DNA of 64,000 bases from Phyllobates terribilis (taxonomy: Eukaryota), in assembly GCF_046119375.1 (NCBI RefSeq), contig NW_027362916.1, positions 186,001-250,000 on the forward strand. Reading direction: 5' to 3'. The notes beneath the pieces are model-generated. The model worked only from the letters and a program-made list of their open reading frames with translations. It had not been told where the DNA came from and did not search any database. Of the stretch, positions 35,101 through 48,942 are shown piece after piece (within the stretch, counting starts at the first letter, position 1; each line of letters opens with the position of its first letter). Both the position numbers and the translations under genes were made by a program.

Positions 35101-38100
35101 TCATGGCACAGGTGTAATGTTTTTTGTAGTTTATCGCTATCCTGTTTGAAGTTAGTTGGTTTTAAAAGAAATTGAAAAGTTTAGATAAAGGGAAACTCTG
35201 TTATCATACAGAAATTCACACTCGGCTCTCACTGCACATTTAATGCTGTCGATCGAAAAAGTGAAGTTTGGCCAGAAAGACTGGACCTGGTCTTGTAGGG
35301 ACCATATACAGTGGGGAAAAAAAGTATTTAGTCTGCCACCAATTGTGCAAGTTCTCCCACTTAAAAAGATGAGAGAGGCCTGTAATTGACATCATAGATA
35401 GACCTCAACTATGAGAGACAAAATGAGAAAACAAATCCTGAAAATCACATTGTCTGATTTGGAAAGAAATTTATTTCAAATTTGGGTGGAAAATAAGTAT
35501 TTGGTCAATTACAAACAAGCAAGATTTCTGGCTCTCACAAACCGGTAACTTCTTCCTTAAGAGCCTCCTCTGTCCTCCACTAATTACCTGTAGTATTGGC
35601 ACCTGTTTGAACTTGTTATCAGTATAAAAGACACCTGTCTGCAACCTCAAACAGTCACACTCCAAACTCCACTATGGTGAAGACCAAAAAGCTGTCGAAG
35701 GACACCAGAAACAATATTGTAGCCCTGCACCAGGCTGGGAAGACTGAATCTGCAATAGGCAAGCAGCTTGGTGTGAAGAAATCAACTGTGGGAGCAATAT
35801 TTAGAAAATGGAAGACATACAAGACCACTGATAATCTCTCTCGATCTGGGGCTCCACACAAGATCTCACCCCGTGGGGTCAAAAAGATCTCAAGAACGGT
35901 GAGCAAAAATCCCAGAACCACACGGGGGGACCTAGTGAATGACCTGCAGAGAGCTGGGGCCAACGTTACACAGGCTACCATCAGTAACACACTATGCCAC
36001 CAGGGACTCAGATCCTGCAGTGCTAGACGTGTCTCCCTGCTTAAGCCATTACATGTCCAGGCCCGTCTGACGTTTGCTAGAGAGCATTTGGATGATCCAG
36101 AAGAGTATTGGGAGAATGTCTTATGGTCAGATGAAACCAAAGTAGAACTCTTTGGTAGAAACACAACTTGTCGTGTTTGGAGGAGAAAGAATGCTGAGTT
36201 GCATCCAAAGAACACCATACCTACTATGAAGCATGTGGGTGGAAACATCATGCTTTGGGGCTGTTTCTCTGCCAAAGGACCAGGCCCAGTGATCAGTGTA
36301 CATCAAAGAATGAATGGGGCCATGTATCGTGAGATTTTGAGTGCAAACCTCCTTCCATCAGCAAGGGCATTGAAGATGAAACGTCGCTGGGTCTTTCAGC
36401 ATGACAATGATCCCAAGCACACCGCCAGGGCAACGAAGGAGTAGCTTCTTAAGAAGCATTTCAAGGTCCTAGAGTGGCCTAGCCAGTCTCCAGATCTAAA
36501 CCCCATTGAAAACCTTTGGAGGGAGTTGAAAGTCCGTGTTGCCCAGCGACAGCCCCAAAACATCACTGCTCTAGAGGAGATCTGCATGGAGGAATGGGCC
36601 AACATACCAGCAACAGTGTGTGCCAACCTTGTAAAGACTTACAGAAAAAGTTTGACCTCTGTCATTGCCAACAAAGGATATATAACAAAGTATTGAGATG
36701 AACTTTTGTAATTGACCAAATACTTATTTTCCACCAAAATATGAAAAAAAATTCTTTCCAAATCAGACAATGTGATTTTCAGGATTTGTATTCTCATTTT
36801 GTCTCTCATAGTTGAGGTCGACCTATGATGTCAATTACAGGCCTCTCTCATCTTTTTAAGTGGGAGAATTTGCATAATTGGTGGCTGACTAAATACTTTT
36901 GCCCCACTTTAAGAACATTTAGCGTGGCGCCCTAATGCGCAATGGGGCCACAGATCCCAGAGGGGTGCATGGTACGGATTTCTCCACAAGAGGCCCTCAC
37001 AGCATACATACACCTCCACCCTACCACCTCAGACCACCAGAGGGAGCCCGGATAGGGATATATATACGGAGGGTGGAGTTAGGCAGGCAGTTCCTCTGGA
37101 GAGTTCAGCAAGTACAGGTCTGAATACAGAGTCGAGCTCAGTCTAGAGAACAGAGTTCATGCTCAGAGTCAGAGAGGGACAGAGTTCTCAGTGCAAGTTC
37201 CTCTAGTGCAAAAGCCTAGAGAACAGCTCAGGTTAGTGAGCTTAGGGCATACCGATGCCATAAGAGCGGTGAAGAAGCAGTGTGCCTGCTGCTGTGTGTA
37301 GCCTAGTGAGGGCCCGAGTGTGGCCGAAGGCGAGTGGAGTGAGTAACATAGGGGGCAGAGGAGCTTAACCAGCTCACCCCGAAAGCATATACCGGACACC
37401 GGGTCCGAGCTTACAGGGATCTCTATGACCCAGTAGGAAACAACCGGAATCCCTGGTGAACTACAGGTCCCAGGTTCACCAGAAGCTGATACGTACCAGA
37501 GCCAGGATTCACGGAGGCCCCGCAAGCAGGGAGAGTGATCTCCAACAGAAGGCCCTACCACAAGGTCAGCAGGTGCAAGACAGAGACTAAGTTAGGCCTA
37601 CCTCCAAGCAGGTCAGAGACTTACCAAGAAAAGGCAAGGAACAGGGAGAGTTCTGATATGCACCCTTCACCCTAAAGCGCCCCGGATCGTGCCTTAAACA
37701 CCACCAGTAAAGGTACTGAAGTGACTATCGTGTGTGTCCCTATTCTTGCTCTGACCCGGCTGGGTCCCCTCTGTCCTGCATCCCTACATCTACGCTGCCC
37801 TGAGGCCCAGCTCCACCTGTGGGGTGCTACACCATCTAAGCTGCCTAAACACCGGCCTCAGAGGACTGCTGCAGCGCTGGTGATCCTCACCAGATACCAC
37901 AGGTGGCATCACGAACATTTAAACCCCAAACTTAAATTACCATTTTTAAGAGATACCCCAGGGTACCAACCCGGGCGCCGACTACCACGACATCCACCAA
38001 GATCAGGCATCAAGGCCCGGGTGCCGAGTACGTCCCCATCCCCTGGGCTCGTCATTAGCAGTTCAGAAGAGAGAGAAGGTAGATTCATCCAATAAGATAT

Positions 38101-39492
38101 CAGGATTCTAGGAAGCCAACAGCATCATTACCCTCCGCTTTCTCTAGGAGGCCCATCATAATATTTTTCTTCAAGTTATTTTTGTAACTTGTCAGTATAT
38201 TCTACGTGCGCTGTCATTTGGCTTTGAAGTTTACAGATCTGGGCAGGTAAGGGTCAGCGTCTACTAATCCCAGTGGATAGGTGGATCCTCCAGGTTGTAA
38301 GATCTATAGAAAAGGGCTTTCAATTCCCAAAGTCATTTGAACAGTTTTGAGTGGAGATGAATGTTGTGGTCTAGTGCCAAAACGGTGATCTCACGATTGT
38401 GATACGGCCAGACTACACCTCGTATAAAGCAGCCACAGCCGGTGACTGAGAAGAATCTGTGACTTCTCTGCATTTAGTGGTTACTACTCACCTGGGCAGT
38501 TATCTGTAGAATTCTCCTCTTTACACCGCTCATCACCCCTCACATATGTCTCTGTAGTATTAATAAGGGTCAGATCTTCACCCTGAAACAAATATTGTAA
38601 AAGTCACAGACAGATGAGAAGTCACATCTATGATCAGCTCTAATCCTGCCATCTCCACCATTCTCATTACACAAGTATAAAACATATAATACTGGTGGAT
38701 AAAACATATACGTCTACCTGATGATCCTGAGGAACATTGGGATCTTCTTGTTTATAGTCCTGTGGAGGAAGAAGACGGGTACATCTCTCTGGTGTTGTCC
38801 TCTTACTGGATAGATCTGGAGGAAACACATACAGGGACTGAATTCATTCTTTACATACAGATAATTATAGGCCGTGTATATTAAGTCATGTCTACTACCT
38901 GGTGATATGAGGGGCTGGGGAACCTCCACCATGATGTTCTTGTACAGATGTTTGTGTCCTTCTAAATACTCCCACTCCTCCATAGAGAAATAGACGGTGA
39001 CATCCTGACATCTTATAGGAACCTGAGACATACAATGATACCGTCATCCCCCCGATCCCTTCATAGCGTTACTGTATAATGTCCCAGCATTCCCAGCAAT
39101 GTCACCTCTCCAGTCAGCAGCTCAATCATCTTGTAGGCGAGTTCTAGGATCTTCTGGTCATTGATGAGCTCATGTATCAGGGGGTGAGGTGGAGGCCCCC
39201 TGATTGCGCTCAGGGGTCTTCCCCATCCCTCAGACACAGGGTCCGGACAGCGCTCAATAGAGGTCTTCTTCACTACTGTGTAATCCTAGTTATGGAAAGC
39301 CACATTAAAAAATCTCACTACATACATTTCCAGAGTCCTCACCTCTCCAGTTCTGTCCATCTGTTATTCCCATAGATAAGAATGATGTAATGTGACGTCA
39401 TCAGAATCTCTCACCTCTCCAGTAAGCCGGAAGAGGATCTCTAGGGTGAGGTGTAATATCCTCTCTTCCATCTTGTCTCTGTCCATATCCAT
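32155..39492 (-). CDS. FAX/KRAB-like C2H2 zinc-finger gene copy 2 (XlCOF/oocyte ZFP-like), about 637 aa, 12 fingers
   Basis: Exons 39492-39415, 39285-39106, 39022-38899, 38815-38718, 38582-38492 and 33497-32155 total 1914 nt, with GT-AG sites and no internal stops. The last exon has 12 CxxC-12-HxxxH fingers with TGEKP-type linkers. Confidence 0.92.
35309..36909 (+). mobile_element. Full-length Tc1 transposon in the last intron of copy 2
   Basis: TIRs CAGTGGGGAAAAAAAGTATTTAGTC... / ...GACTAAATACTTTTGCCCCACT(T), TA flanks at 35307-08 and 36910-11. An empty site is present in copy 1 (about 16961-16990). Confidence 0.95.
35674..36696 (+). pseudogene. Tc1 DD34E transposase, 340 codons, single nonsense mutation
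   Basis: Frame continues without indels from ATG 35674 to TGA 36694-96. The only stop is TAG at 36442-44 (KE*L, expected W). 34 residues between QHD and NPIE. Confidence 0.92.
36923..38054. mobile_element. Solo LTR (1132 bp)
   Basis: Ends (C for T)GTGGCGCCC...GGGCTCGTCA with 4-bp TSD TTAG (36919-22, 38055-58). Removing it restores the paralogous intron. Confidence 0.85.
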
Positions 39493-40449
39493 CTTTGATG
39501 GGTAATTCAGGAAAATTCTCTTAATATAGAAGATCTCCACTGCAAAGATCCGATATTGTAGAGACCTGAATGAGAAGAAGATAAGCCGATGTAACATCAT
39601 AAAAATCATGTGTAATAATACAATTACAGGAAACAATAAGGGAAAACATATCAGGAGATAGCCAGTGATTGGGAGCATGGAGAAAATGTCTTAGTCAGCA
39701 ATTCAACTTATGTTCCAGTCCATACAAGACTAGAGAATACAATATCTACACGTTCTAAGTTACTCACTGCTATGGCAACCTAATGAGATGTAGGAATCAC
39801 AAGTTCGTTGGAACTGACCAGGAAATACAGAGACTGGCAGGGGACCTAAGCAGCAATGATATTTTTATTATTTTACAACATTCTGTTTTTTTCATTGACA
39901 TCTACTAATAAAAGCTATATATTTTAGGCCACAGACAACAAGCAGTTTCTTCCTCGGAGTCTGCACCTGATTATGTTTCTCATAGACTTATCTTCCATAA
40001 CGCTAATTCTTGTGTTATTTACTGACACTGCAATCGGCATTAGCAATACTGCAGGAGATATTCATTACATGTGACATGAGAAAAAACTACTTCATGATCA
40101 GGATGACATCTTCATCTTCTACTACGGTTGTACAAACATATTTGGCCAGAGTCTGTTGCTAACTACATTACCTCTGGCCGTCTACATGAATGTTTCCCGT
40201 CTTCCCCGGACTGTAATCTTCAATCACGTTGGATCTCATGTCTGATTCACACACAGAAGTTTGAGGCATTTATAAAAGCTTGTTTGTAAGAACACAAAGA
40301 CAGGAGGTATTTGATGGCAATGTCTCCATGTAAAGTGTTTTTTTCCTCTGGATATGATGGTTTTTAGGGGGGCATTTTCCCTTAGGCTTACATATACTGT
40401 ATTCCATGGAAAAAGAACAAAAAAACACATGTTAAAATATTTCAAAATA

Positions 40450-41600
40450 AAATTGAGGATAAAGGTACTGTGGGAACATTATACTGTGTGTGGGGGGGGG
40501 TGGCGGTACTGTGGAAACATTATACTGTGTGTGGGGCTGATGGCGGTACTGTGGGAACATTATACTGTGTGTGGGGGGGGGTGGCGGTACTGTGGGAACA
40601 TTATACTGTGTGTGAGGCTGATGGCGGTACTGTGGGAACATTAAATTGTGTGTGGGGGGGATGATGGCGGTACTGTGAGAGCATTATACTGTGTGTGGGG
40701 GAATGGCAGTACTGGGAGAACATTATACTGTGTGTGGGGGATTGTGGCGGTACTGTGGGAACATTATATTGTGTGTGGGGGAATGGCTGTACTGTGAGAA
40801 CATTATAGTGTGTGGGGTGATGGCGATACTGTGGTGAGAACATTATACTGTGTATGGGGAAATGGCAGTAATATGAGAACATTATACTGTGTGAGTGGGG
40901 GGTGGTAATAGTGTGGGAACATTATACTGTGCGTGGGGCTAATGGCGGTACTGGGGGAACATTAAATTGTGGGGGGGGGTGGCGGTACTGTGGAAACATT
41001 ATACTGTGTGTGGGGGAATGGCAGTACTGGGAGAACATTATACTGTGTGTGGGGGATTGTGGCGGTACTGTGGGAACATTATATTGTGTGTAGGGGAATG
41101 GCTGTACTGTGAGAACATTATAGTGTGTGGGGGTGATGGCGGTACTGTGGTGAGAGCATTATAATGTGTGTGGGGAAATGGCAGTAATATGAGAACATTA
41201 TACTGTGTGTGGGGGGGTGGTAATAGTGTGGGAACATTATACTGTGCGTGGGGCTGATGGCGGTACTGTGAGAACATTATACTATGTGTGGGGGAATGGC
41301 AGTACTGTGAGAACATTATACTGTGGGTGGGGGATGGTGGTAGTGAGAGAACATTGTACTGTGTGTGGAGGGATGGCGGTACCATGGGAACATTATACCA
41401 TGTGTGGGAACCAAGAAAGAGACACTGTACAGCATTAAGGATGGGGATAAGTGAGGATTTATTATCTTGTGGTTTGGGTCATAACATATTGTGTGGGGCA
41501 TCTTGTATTATCATAGTGTGTGTGGAGGATGGTGGTACTGTGGGAACATTATACTATGCGTGGGGGGATGGTGCAATCATTTTACGGTGTGTGGGGGTGA
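40450..41600. repeat. About 40-bp G/T-rich minisatellite in the putative first intron of copy 2
   Basis: Unit GGCGGTACTGTGGGAACATTATACTGTGTGTGGGGG(N), positionally equivalent to 22270-23605. Confidence 0.9.
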
Positions 41601-42594
41601 TGCGGTACTGGGGGAACACAATACTGTGTGTGGAGGCCAAGAAAGGCACACTGTATTATGTGGGCAATACATGTTTCCTTGGGTATCGTCTTTCATAGTT
41701 GGGTCGAATGTATCGATCAGCGGAAAAGGAAGGAAATTATTGTGATCCTTATAAGGTGGCAACACAAAAACTCCCTAAATATAAAATGTTTACAACAACC
41801 CCACAATTTGTGTATCCATAGGGTTCATCACTATGTATCCATTTGATTAGAGCTGATACTATTAAACTATAAAGTATCTGTAAAGACTTTCTTTCAAATT
41901 CAAAAAGGGGCACTTTTCCGTGTTCGTCATACCTGAATTGTTTGAAGATTATTAAAGGTGATAGTTTTCCCCACCAATTAATAGGGACACATGTGGATAT
42001 TGTTTTTTTATTTTACCTGACGGGAGCGACCTATGAAGCTTCTTCTTTGAACTTTATTCCTCTGTTTTTTCATATTTATATTACTCTCCGGAATCAGGAA
42101 TGTATTAAGTCCTATAGAAACTGCTGAGAAATAATCATCTCTAATTCTGTGCTTCCAGGATTATTCTTGTGGGAATTGGCTGCAATATCTCCTGTGTAAT
42201 ATATTTCTAGTATCAATAGGTTATAATCCTGTAACTCAAAGGACGTGCGGTGGTTGTTCGTTTCTTTCCCTTTTTTGTTTTCTTGTGTCATTTATTATCT
42301 TTATGTAACGTATGTGTATTGGTTCTGACATTTGGTATCCTCTTGTCAAGTGACAATCACTTTATAAGGTATAACTAAGGGATATGACACAGGCTTGAAA
42401 AAGGAATTCGACCCTGAATCATCACAACAGGTGCGTGTTCACACGCCAACTCCCTTTCCATGATGTCCCCATGAAAGGCTGCTTGTGCTGACAGCTGATG
42501 GATCTGCTGATGTATACCCAGCAAGTATTTACCACATATTCATGCAAATTCCCTGAAGTGTTATCAATTGTATCCAGTAGGAAAGAGAAAGCAC

Positions 42595-44428
42595 TAAAAT
42601 GCTCGAGTACTCATTATTCGAATCGAGCAGGTTGGACATGCAGATGGGCTCGAGTCGAGTACCGAGTATAATCGAAGTCAATGGGAAACGCTATAATTTT
42701 TCCAGGAAACAGGAGGGCTGCGGGGGGCAGGAAAATTGCTGAAATGGATGGAAACAATGCTCAAATGGAGTGGGAACAGCATAGGGAAGATGCCTGGATG
42801 CATCTCTGACTCCTAGGTAGCTACTGGGAACTAAATAAAGATGTAATTTAAAAAAAATGACATGGGGTCCCCCATAATTTTGAAAAACAGCTAAGGTAAC
42901 CCAGACAACTGGGTGCTGACATTCACAGTTTGGGAAGGTCCATGGATATTGGCCCCTTCCCAGCTTTAAAATACCAACCCGCAGCAGCCCCAGAATTGGC
43001 ACATCACATTAGATGCATCAATTCTGGCACTTTGCCTGGCTCTTCCCAATTGGAGTCATTTTTTTGGAGTTGATTACTAATGGAGAGGCATCTATCAGAC
43101 ACCCCCATTACTAACCCAGTAAGTTAAAAGAAAAAAAACACACAAAAAAATATTTTATTTTAAAATAAAAAAAACTCCCCAGTTTCCTCATTCACCAATT
43201 TATTAAAAAAAAATCCATACTGGACCAAAGTAGTCCAAGGATTCCAACGTAGTCTACAAATGACAACCTGAAAGACATAAAAAGAGAGAATTAAATAAAG
43301 ACAAGAGACAGTCCCTTGTTCACCAATTTATTAACCCTGCAGCTCCAATATAGTACATGGCATTCCCATGATGTCCAAAAATTCAGTAGTTCTTCCTATG
43401 GAGCCTTGTTCTGAGAATGAAGCTTCATAGGTCTCTCCTGATCAGGCTGCACTCAGTGAGACCTGGCGACAGAAGTGATGACATTAGTAATGTTACTGAA
43501 ATCATCGCTCTCGGGGAGCGGAGCCTGACTGGGAGAGACCTATGAACGCAGAACGAGGCTCCATAGGTTGTACTGCAGAATCGGTGGATGTCGTGGGACC
43601 GCCATAGACTATGTCGGAGCTGTGGGGATCATAAATTGGTGAATGAGGGACGGTCTCTTGTCTTTATTCATTTAATTCTCTCTTTATATGTCTTTCAGGT
43701 TGCCATTTGTGAACTACTTTGGAATCCTTGGACTATTTCGGACCAACATGGCTTTTTTTTTCTAATTAATAAAATTGGTGAAGTGTTTTTCTCTGTGTTT
43801 TTTTTATTTTAGCTTACTGGATTGGTAATGGGGATGTCTGATGCCTCTCCAATACTAACCACTGGGATTGATGCCAGCTGACAATACACCCCCATAAATA
43901 TTACCCCGATTGCCAACGCACTAAGGCAATCAGGAAGAGCTAAGCAAAGTGCAAGAATTGGCGCATCTAATGTGATGGGCAAATTCTGCGGCTGCTGTGG
44001 GCTCGTATTTTTAGGCTGGGAAGGAGCCAATATCCATGGACCTTCCCAGTCGGATAATATCAGCCCCCAGCTATCTGCTTTATCTTGGCTGGTTATCAAA
44101 ACCAGGACCCCCATGCCATTTTTTTAAACTCATTATTTATTTGATAGGTTTAGCACTAAAGCGTATATGTTTATAATATTTAGGTGGGGGCGGACATTAA
44201 TCTAAGCTTTCCCTCCAATAACAACTCTCGCTGAACTACTTCCTGAGGATAGTGCGCCAATGACGCGATGCGGCCGGCCAATAGCAGTAATGCCAGTGGA
44301 AAACAAGGCTACGGCATTATTGTGTATGGCAGGCAAACCCTTTATTGGCTGCCTAACAGCCGCAAAACATGCTGGCCGGAAACCCGAACACCCCGATGAT
44401 TGATAGAGTAGTAGCGAGCTCATCACTA
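42595..44428. mobile_element. Non-autonomous hAT-type element with long internal inverted repeats
   Basis: Right end GCTCATCACTA. About 42860-43050 is the reverse complement of about 43925-44120. It interrupts the conserved block that is contiguous in copies 1 and 3. Left boundary approximate. Confidence 0.65.
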
Positions 44429-44546
44429 GTATCTACATTATTGTCCACAGCTGTTACGTCACTGTTCACACCACACAGAGACCCCAAAAGAGTCTCGGTG
44501 CTGAAGGGGTTAATGCCCCCTGCGCCCAGTAATGGGGTCTCCACAT

Positions 44547-44746
44547 ACCTCCACCTGCAGAGCCGCCACCACATATATGGCTGCTCTGTGCGCACAGGAG
44601 CTGTGATGAGGTCACAGGAGGGGAGGAGTCAGGGGTCACATGATCAGGGGCCTCAGTGGATGCAGGATTCTGCTGTGCTGGTTGTCATGGTGCTGGATGA
44701 GCTGAAGTTTATGTGTGGGGTCAGGAGGGGTTTACAGTGTGGATGT
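44547..44746 (-). promoter_or_regulatory. Putative first exon / promoter of ZNF copy 2
   Basis: Same block as 23802-24001, donor GT at 44548-44547. Confidence 0.55.
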
Positions 44747-45004
44747 AGCAGAGCCGCGTGTGTACGAGGTGTACGGAACAGAGCCGCGTGTGTACGAGGT
44801 GTACGGAGCAGAGCCGCGTGTGTATGAGGCGTACGGAGCGGAGCCGCGCGTGTACGAGGCGTACGGAGCGGAGCCGCCCGTGTACGAGGCGTACGGAGCG
44901 GAGCCGCGTGTGTACGAGGCGTACGGAGCGGAACCGTGTGTGTACAACGAGTACGGAGCGGAGACGCGTGTGTACGAGGCGTACGGAGCAAAACCGCGTG
45001 TACA
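44747..45004. repeat. CpG-rich 30-bp VNTR (about 8 units) upstream of copy 2
   Basis: Same unit as 24002-25093 with a GAGGCGTACG variant. Confidence 0.95.
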
Positions 45005-45319
45005 AGGTTGATGTGGAAACCTGTAGAGAAAGTTTTAGGAGAAACTCAAAGGGGTTTCACACCTTTGCCAGTTTTGATCAAATCAGGGAGTCGATCCATC
45101 GGAGACAAAAGAAACACAACCAAATTTGTCGGTATCCCAGACTCTTCTGCGTCTCAGATGCCTAGTCACAAGTTTTTATTACAAACCACAAAGAGAAGGA
45201 AAGTGGGAGTGGCTTATATTATGTTACCTAAAAAAGAGGATAAGTTGGAAAAAAACAAAGTCATAAATCATGTCTTCTGCTGCATTCCCTAGGAGGCTGG
45301 TTATATCCAGTTTAATATA

Positions 45320-46889
45320 CACTGCTCAAAAAAATAAAGGGAACACTCAAATAACACATCCTAGATCTGAATGAATGAAATATTCTCATTGAATACTTTG
45401 TTCTGTACAAAGTTGAATGTGCTGACAACAAAATCACACAAAAATCATCAATGGAAATCAAATTTATTAACTAATGGAGGCCTGGATTTGGAGTCACCTC
45501 CAAAATTAAAGTGGAAAAACACACTACAGGCTGATCCAACTTTGATGTAATGTCCTTAAAACAAGTCAAAATGAGGCTCAGTATTGTGTGTGGCCTCCAC
45601 GTGCCTGTATGACCTCCCTACAACGCCTGGGCATGCTCCTGATGAGGTTGCGGATGGTCTCCTGTGGGATCTCCTCTCAGACCTGGACTAAAGCATCCGC
45701 CAACTCCTGGACAGTCTGTGGTGCAACGTGACGTTGGTGGATGGAGCGAGACATGATGTCCCAGATGTGCTCAATCGGATTCAGGTCTGGGGAACGGGCG
45801 GGCCAGTCCATAACTTCAATGCCTTCACCTTGCAGGAACTGCTGACACACTCCAGCCACATGAGGTCTGGCATTGTCCTGCATTAGGAGGAGCCCAGGGC
45901 CAACCGCACCAGTATATGGTCTCACAAGGGGTCTGAGGATCTCATCTCAGCACCTAATGGCAGTCAGGCTACCTCTGGCGAGCACATGGAGGGCTGTGCG
46001 GCCCTCCAAAGAAATACCACCCCACACCATTACTGACCCACTGCCAAACCGGTCATGCTGAAGGATGTTGCAGGCAGCAGATCACTCTTCACGGCGTCTC
46101 CAGACTCTGTCACATGTGCTCAGTGTGAGCCTGCTTTCATCTGTGAAGAGCACAGGGCGTCAGTGGCGACTTTGCCAATCCTGGTGTTCTGTGGCAAATG
46201 CCAAGCGTCCTGCACGGTGTTGGGCTGTGAACACAACCCCCATCTGTGGACTTTGGGCCCTCATACCACCCTCATGGAGTCGGTTTCTAACCGTTTGTGC
46301 AGACACATGCATAGGTGGTCATTTTGGAGGTCATTTTGCAGAGGTCTGACAGTGCTCCTCCTGTTCCTCCTTGCACAAAGGCAGGGGTAGCGGTCCTGCT
46401 GCTGGGTTGTTGCCCTCCTATGGCCCCCTCCACGTCTCCTGGTATACTGGCCTGTCTGCTGGTAGTGCCTCCAGCCTCTGGACACTACACTGACAGACAC
46501 AGCAAACCTTCTTGCCACAGCTCGCATTGATGTGCCATCCTGGATGAGCTGCACTACCTGAGAAACTTCTGTGGGTTGTAGAGTTCGTCTCATGCTACCA
46601 CGAGTGTGAAAGCTCAACCAACATTCAAAAGTGACCAAAACATCAGCCAGAAAGCATTGGTACTGAGTTGTGGTCTGTGGTCCCCACCTGCAGAACTGCT
46701 CCTTTATTGAATGTGTCTTGATAATTGCCAATAATTTCCATCTATTGTCTATTTCATTTGCACAACAGCATGTGAAATTGATTGTCAATCAGTGTTGCTT
46801 CCTAAGTGGACAGTTTGATTTCACACAAGTTTGATTTACTTGGGGTTATATTCTGTTGTTTAAGTGTTCCCTTTATTTTTTGAGCAGTA
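45320..46889 (-). mobile_element. Full-length Tc1 transposon (third family), degenerate DD34E transposase
   Basis: TIR CACTGCTCAAAAAAATAAAGGGAACACT with TA flanks. Minus-strand paired-like N-terminus ([17 protein letters not shown]) and QDNARPH...[12 protein letters not shown]. Confidence 0.93.
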
Positions 46890-46919
46890 TATATATACTA
46901 TAATAGTTGCAAATTCTAC

Positions 46920-47385
46920 AAAACATTGCAGTTTCAGGTCACTAGGTTGGACCCAATCTATTATGGCCTGCATCTTCTCACAATCCATTGTAAACCCATC
47001 AGCCGATAAAATGATCCCACAGGAACGAAATTTCCTGAACAGAAAAAAACATTTCTCAATTTTTTCAACAAAGAATTCTCCCTCAACCTTTCTAATACAA
47101 CACGGACATGTTCCTGGTGAGAATCCAAATCAGGAGAGAAAATTCTACATCATCAAGGAAAATCACAAGAAATCTTCCAATGTAATCAGAGAAATATCAT
47201 TCAGAAAGTTGTGAAATCCTGTTGGTTCATTGGAGAATCCAAATGGGAGGACGAGATTATCGAATAAAACCTCAGACGTTAAAGACGCCGATTCCCACTC
47301 ATCACCCTTCAACATGCGGATCACATTGTAATAAGACCCTCTAAGGTCAAAGTTAGTAAACTCTTCATCCCCCAAAGGCCGATTA
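46920..47385 (-). pseudogene. Old sushi-like Gypsy reverse-transcriptase fragment
   Basis: FTNFDLRGSYYNVIRMLKGDEWESA...LVLPFGFSNEPTGFHNFLNDI resembles [25 protein letters not shown]...LVMPFGLCNAPAVFQ in the element at 61700-61880. Confidence 0.75.
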
Positions 47386-47390
47386 TAGTC

Positions 47391-48942
47391 ACGGCTCCAC
47401 TCCGTACACCTCGTACACACGCGGCTCCGCTCCGTACACCTCGTACACACGCGGCTCCGCACACCTCGTACACACGCGGCTCCGCTCCGTACACCTCGTA
47501 CACACGCGGCTCCGCTCCGTACACCTCGTACACGCGCGGCTCCGCTCCGTACACCTCGTACACGCGCGGCTCCGCTCCGTACACCTCGTACACGCGCGGC
47601 TCCGCTCCGTCCACCTCGTACACGCGCGGCTCCGCTCCGTACACCTCGTACACGCGCGGCTCCGCTCCGTACACCTCGTACACGCGCGGCTCCGCTCCGT
47701 ACACCTCGTACACGCGCGGCTCCGCTCCGTACACCTCGTACACGCGCGGCTCCGCTCCGTACACCTCGTACACGCGCGGCTCCGCTCCGTACACCTCGTA
47801 CACGCGCGGCTCCGCTCCGTACACCTCGTACACACGCGGCTCCGCTCCGTACACCTCGTACACATACGGCTCTGCTCCGTACACCTCGTACACATGCGGC
47901 TCTGCTCCGTACACCTCGTACACACGCGGCTCCGCTCCGTACACCTCGTACACACACGGCTCTGCTCCGTACACCTCGTACACACGCGGCTCCGCTCCGT
48001 ACACCTCGTACACATACGGCTCCGCTCCGTACACCTCGTACACACGTGGCTCCGCTCCGTACACCTCGTACACACACGGCTCCGCTCCGTACACCTCGTA
48101 CACACACGGCTCCGCTCCGTACACATACGGCTCTGCTCCGTACACCTCGTACACACGCGGCTCCGCACACCTCGTACACACACGGCTCTGCTCCGTACAC
48201 CTCGTACACACGCGGCTCCGCTCCGTACACCTCGTACACATACGGCTCTGCTCCGTACACCTCGTACACATGCGGCTCTGCTCCGTACACCTCGTACACA
48301 CGCGGCTCCGCTCCGTACACCTCGTACACATACGGCTCTGCTCCGTACACCTCGTACACGCGCGGCTCTGCTCCGTACACCTCGTACACACGCGGCTCTG
48401 CTCCGTACACCTCGTGCACACGCCGCTCTGCTCCGTACACCTCGTACACACGCGGCTCTGCTCCGTACACCTCGTACACACGCGGCTCTGCTCCGTACAC
48501 CTCGTACACACACGGCTCTGCTCCGTACACCTCGTACACACACGGCTCCGCTCCGTACACCTCGTACACACACGGCTCTGCTCCGTACACCTCGTACACG
48601 CACGGCTCTGCTCCGTACACCTCGTACACGCGCGGCTCTGCTCCGTACACCTCGTACACACGCGGCTCTGCTCCGTACACCTCGTACACACACGGCTCCG
48701 CTCCGTACACCTCGTGCACACGCCGCTCTGCTCCGTACACCTCGTACACGCACGGCTCCGCTCCGTACACCTCGTACACGCGCGGCCCTGCTCCGTACAC
48801 CTCGTACACACGCGGCTCCGCTCCGTACACCTCGTACACACGCGGCTCCGCTCCGTACACCTCGTACACATGCGGCTCTGCTCCGTACACCTCGTACACA
48901 CACGGCTCCGCTCCGTACACCTCGTACACGCGCGGCTCTGCT
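47391..48942. repeat. CpG-rich 30-bp VNTR (about 52 units, reverse orientation) upstream of copy 3
   Basis: Reverse complement of the 24002 unit, with homogeneous sub-blocks (e.g. 47520-47820). Confidence 0.97.

Noticed and set aside
42392-42428. TTGAAAAAGG..CCTGAATCATC resembling a U3-A8 hammerhead
   Set aside because: GAAAC/GUC is disrupted and there is no stem I pairing.
45005-45310. Possible further retroelement coding relic between the VNTR and the Tc1
   Set aside because: No motif could be assigned with confidence by eye.
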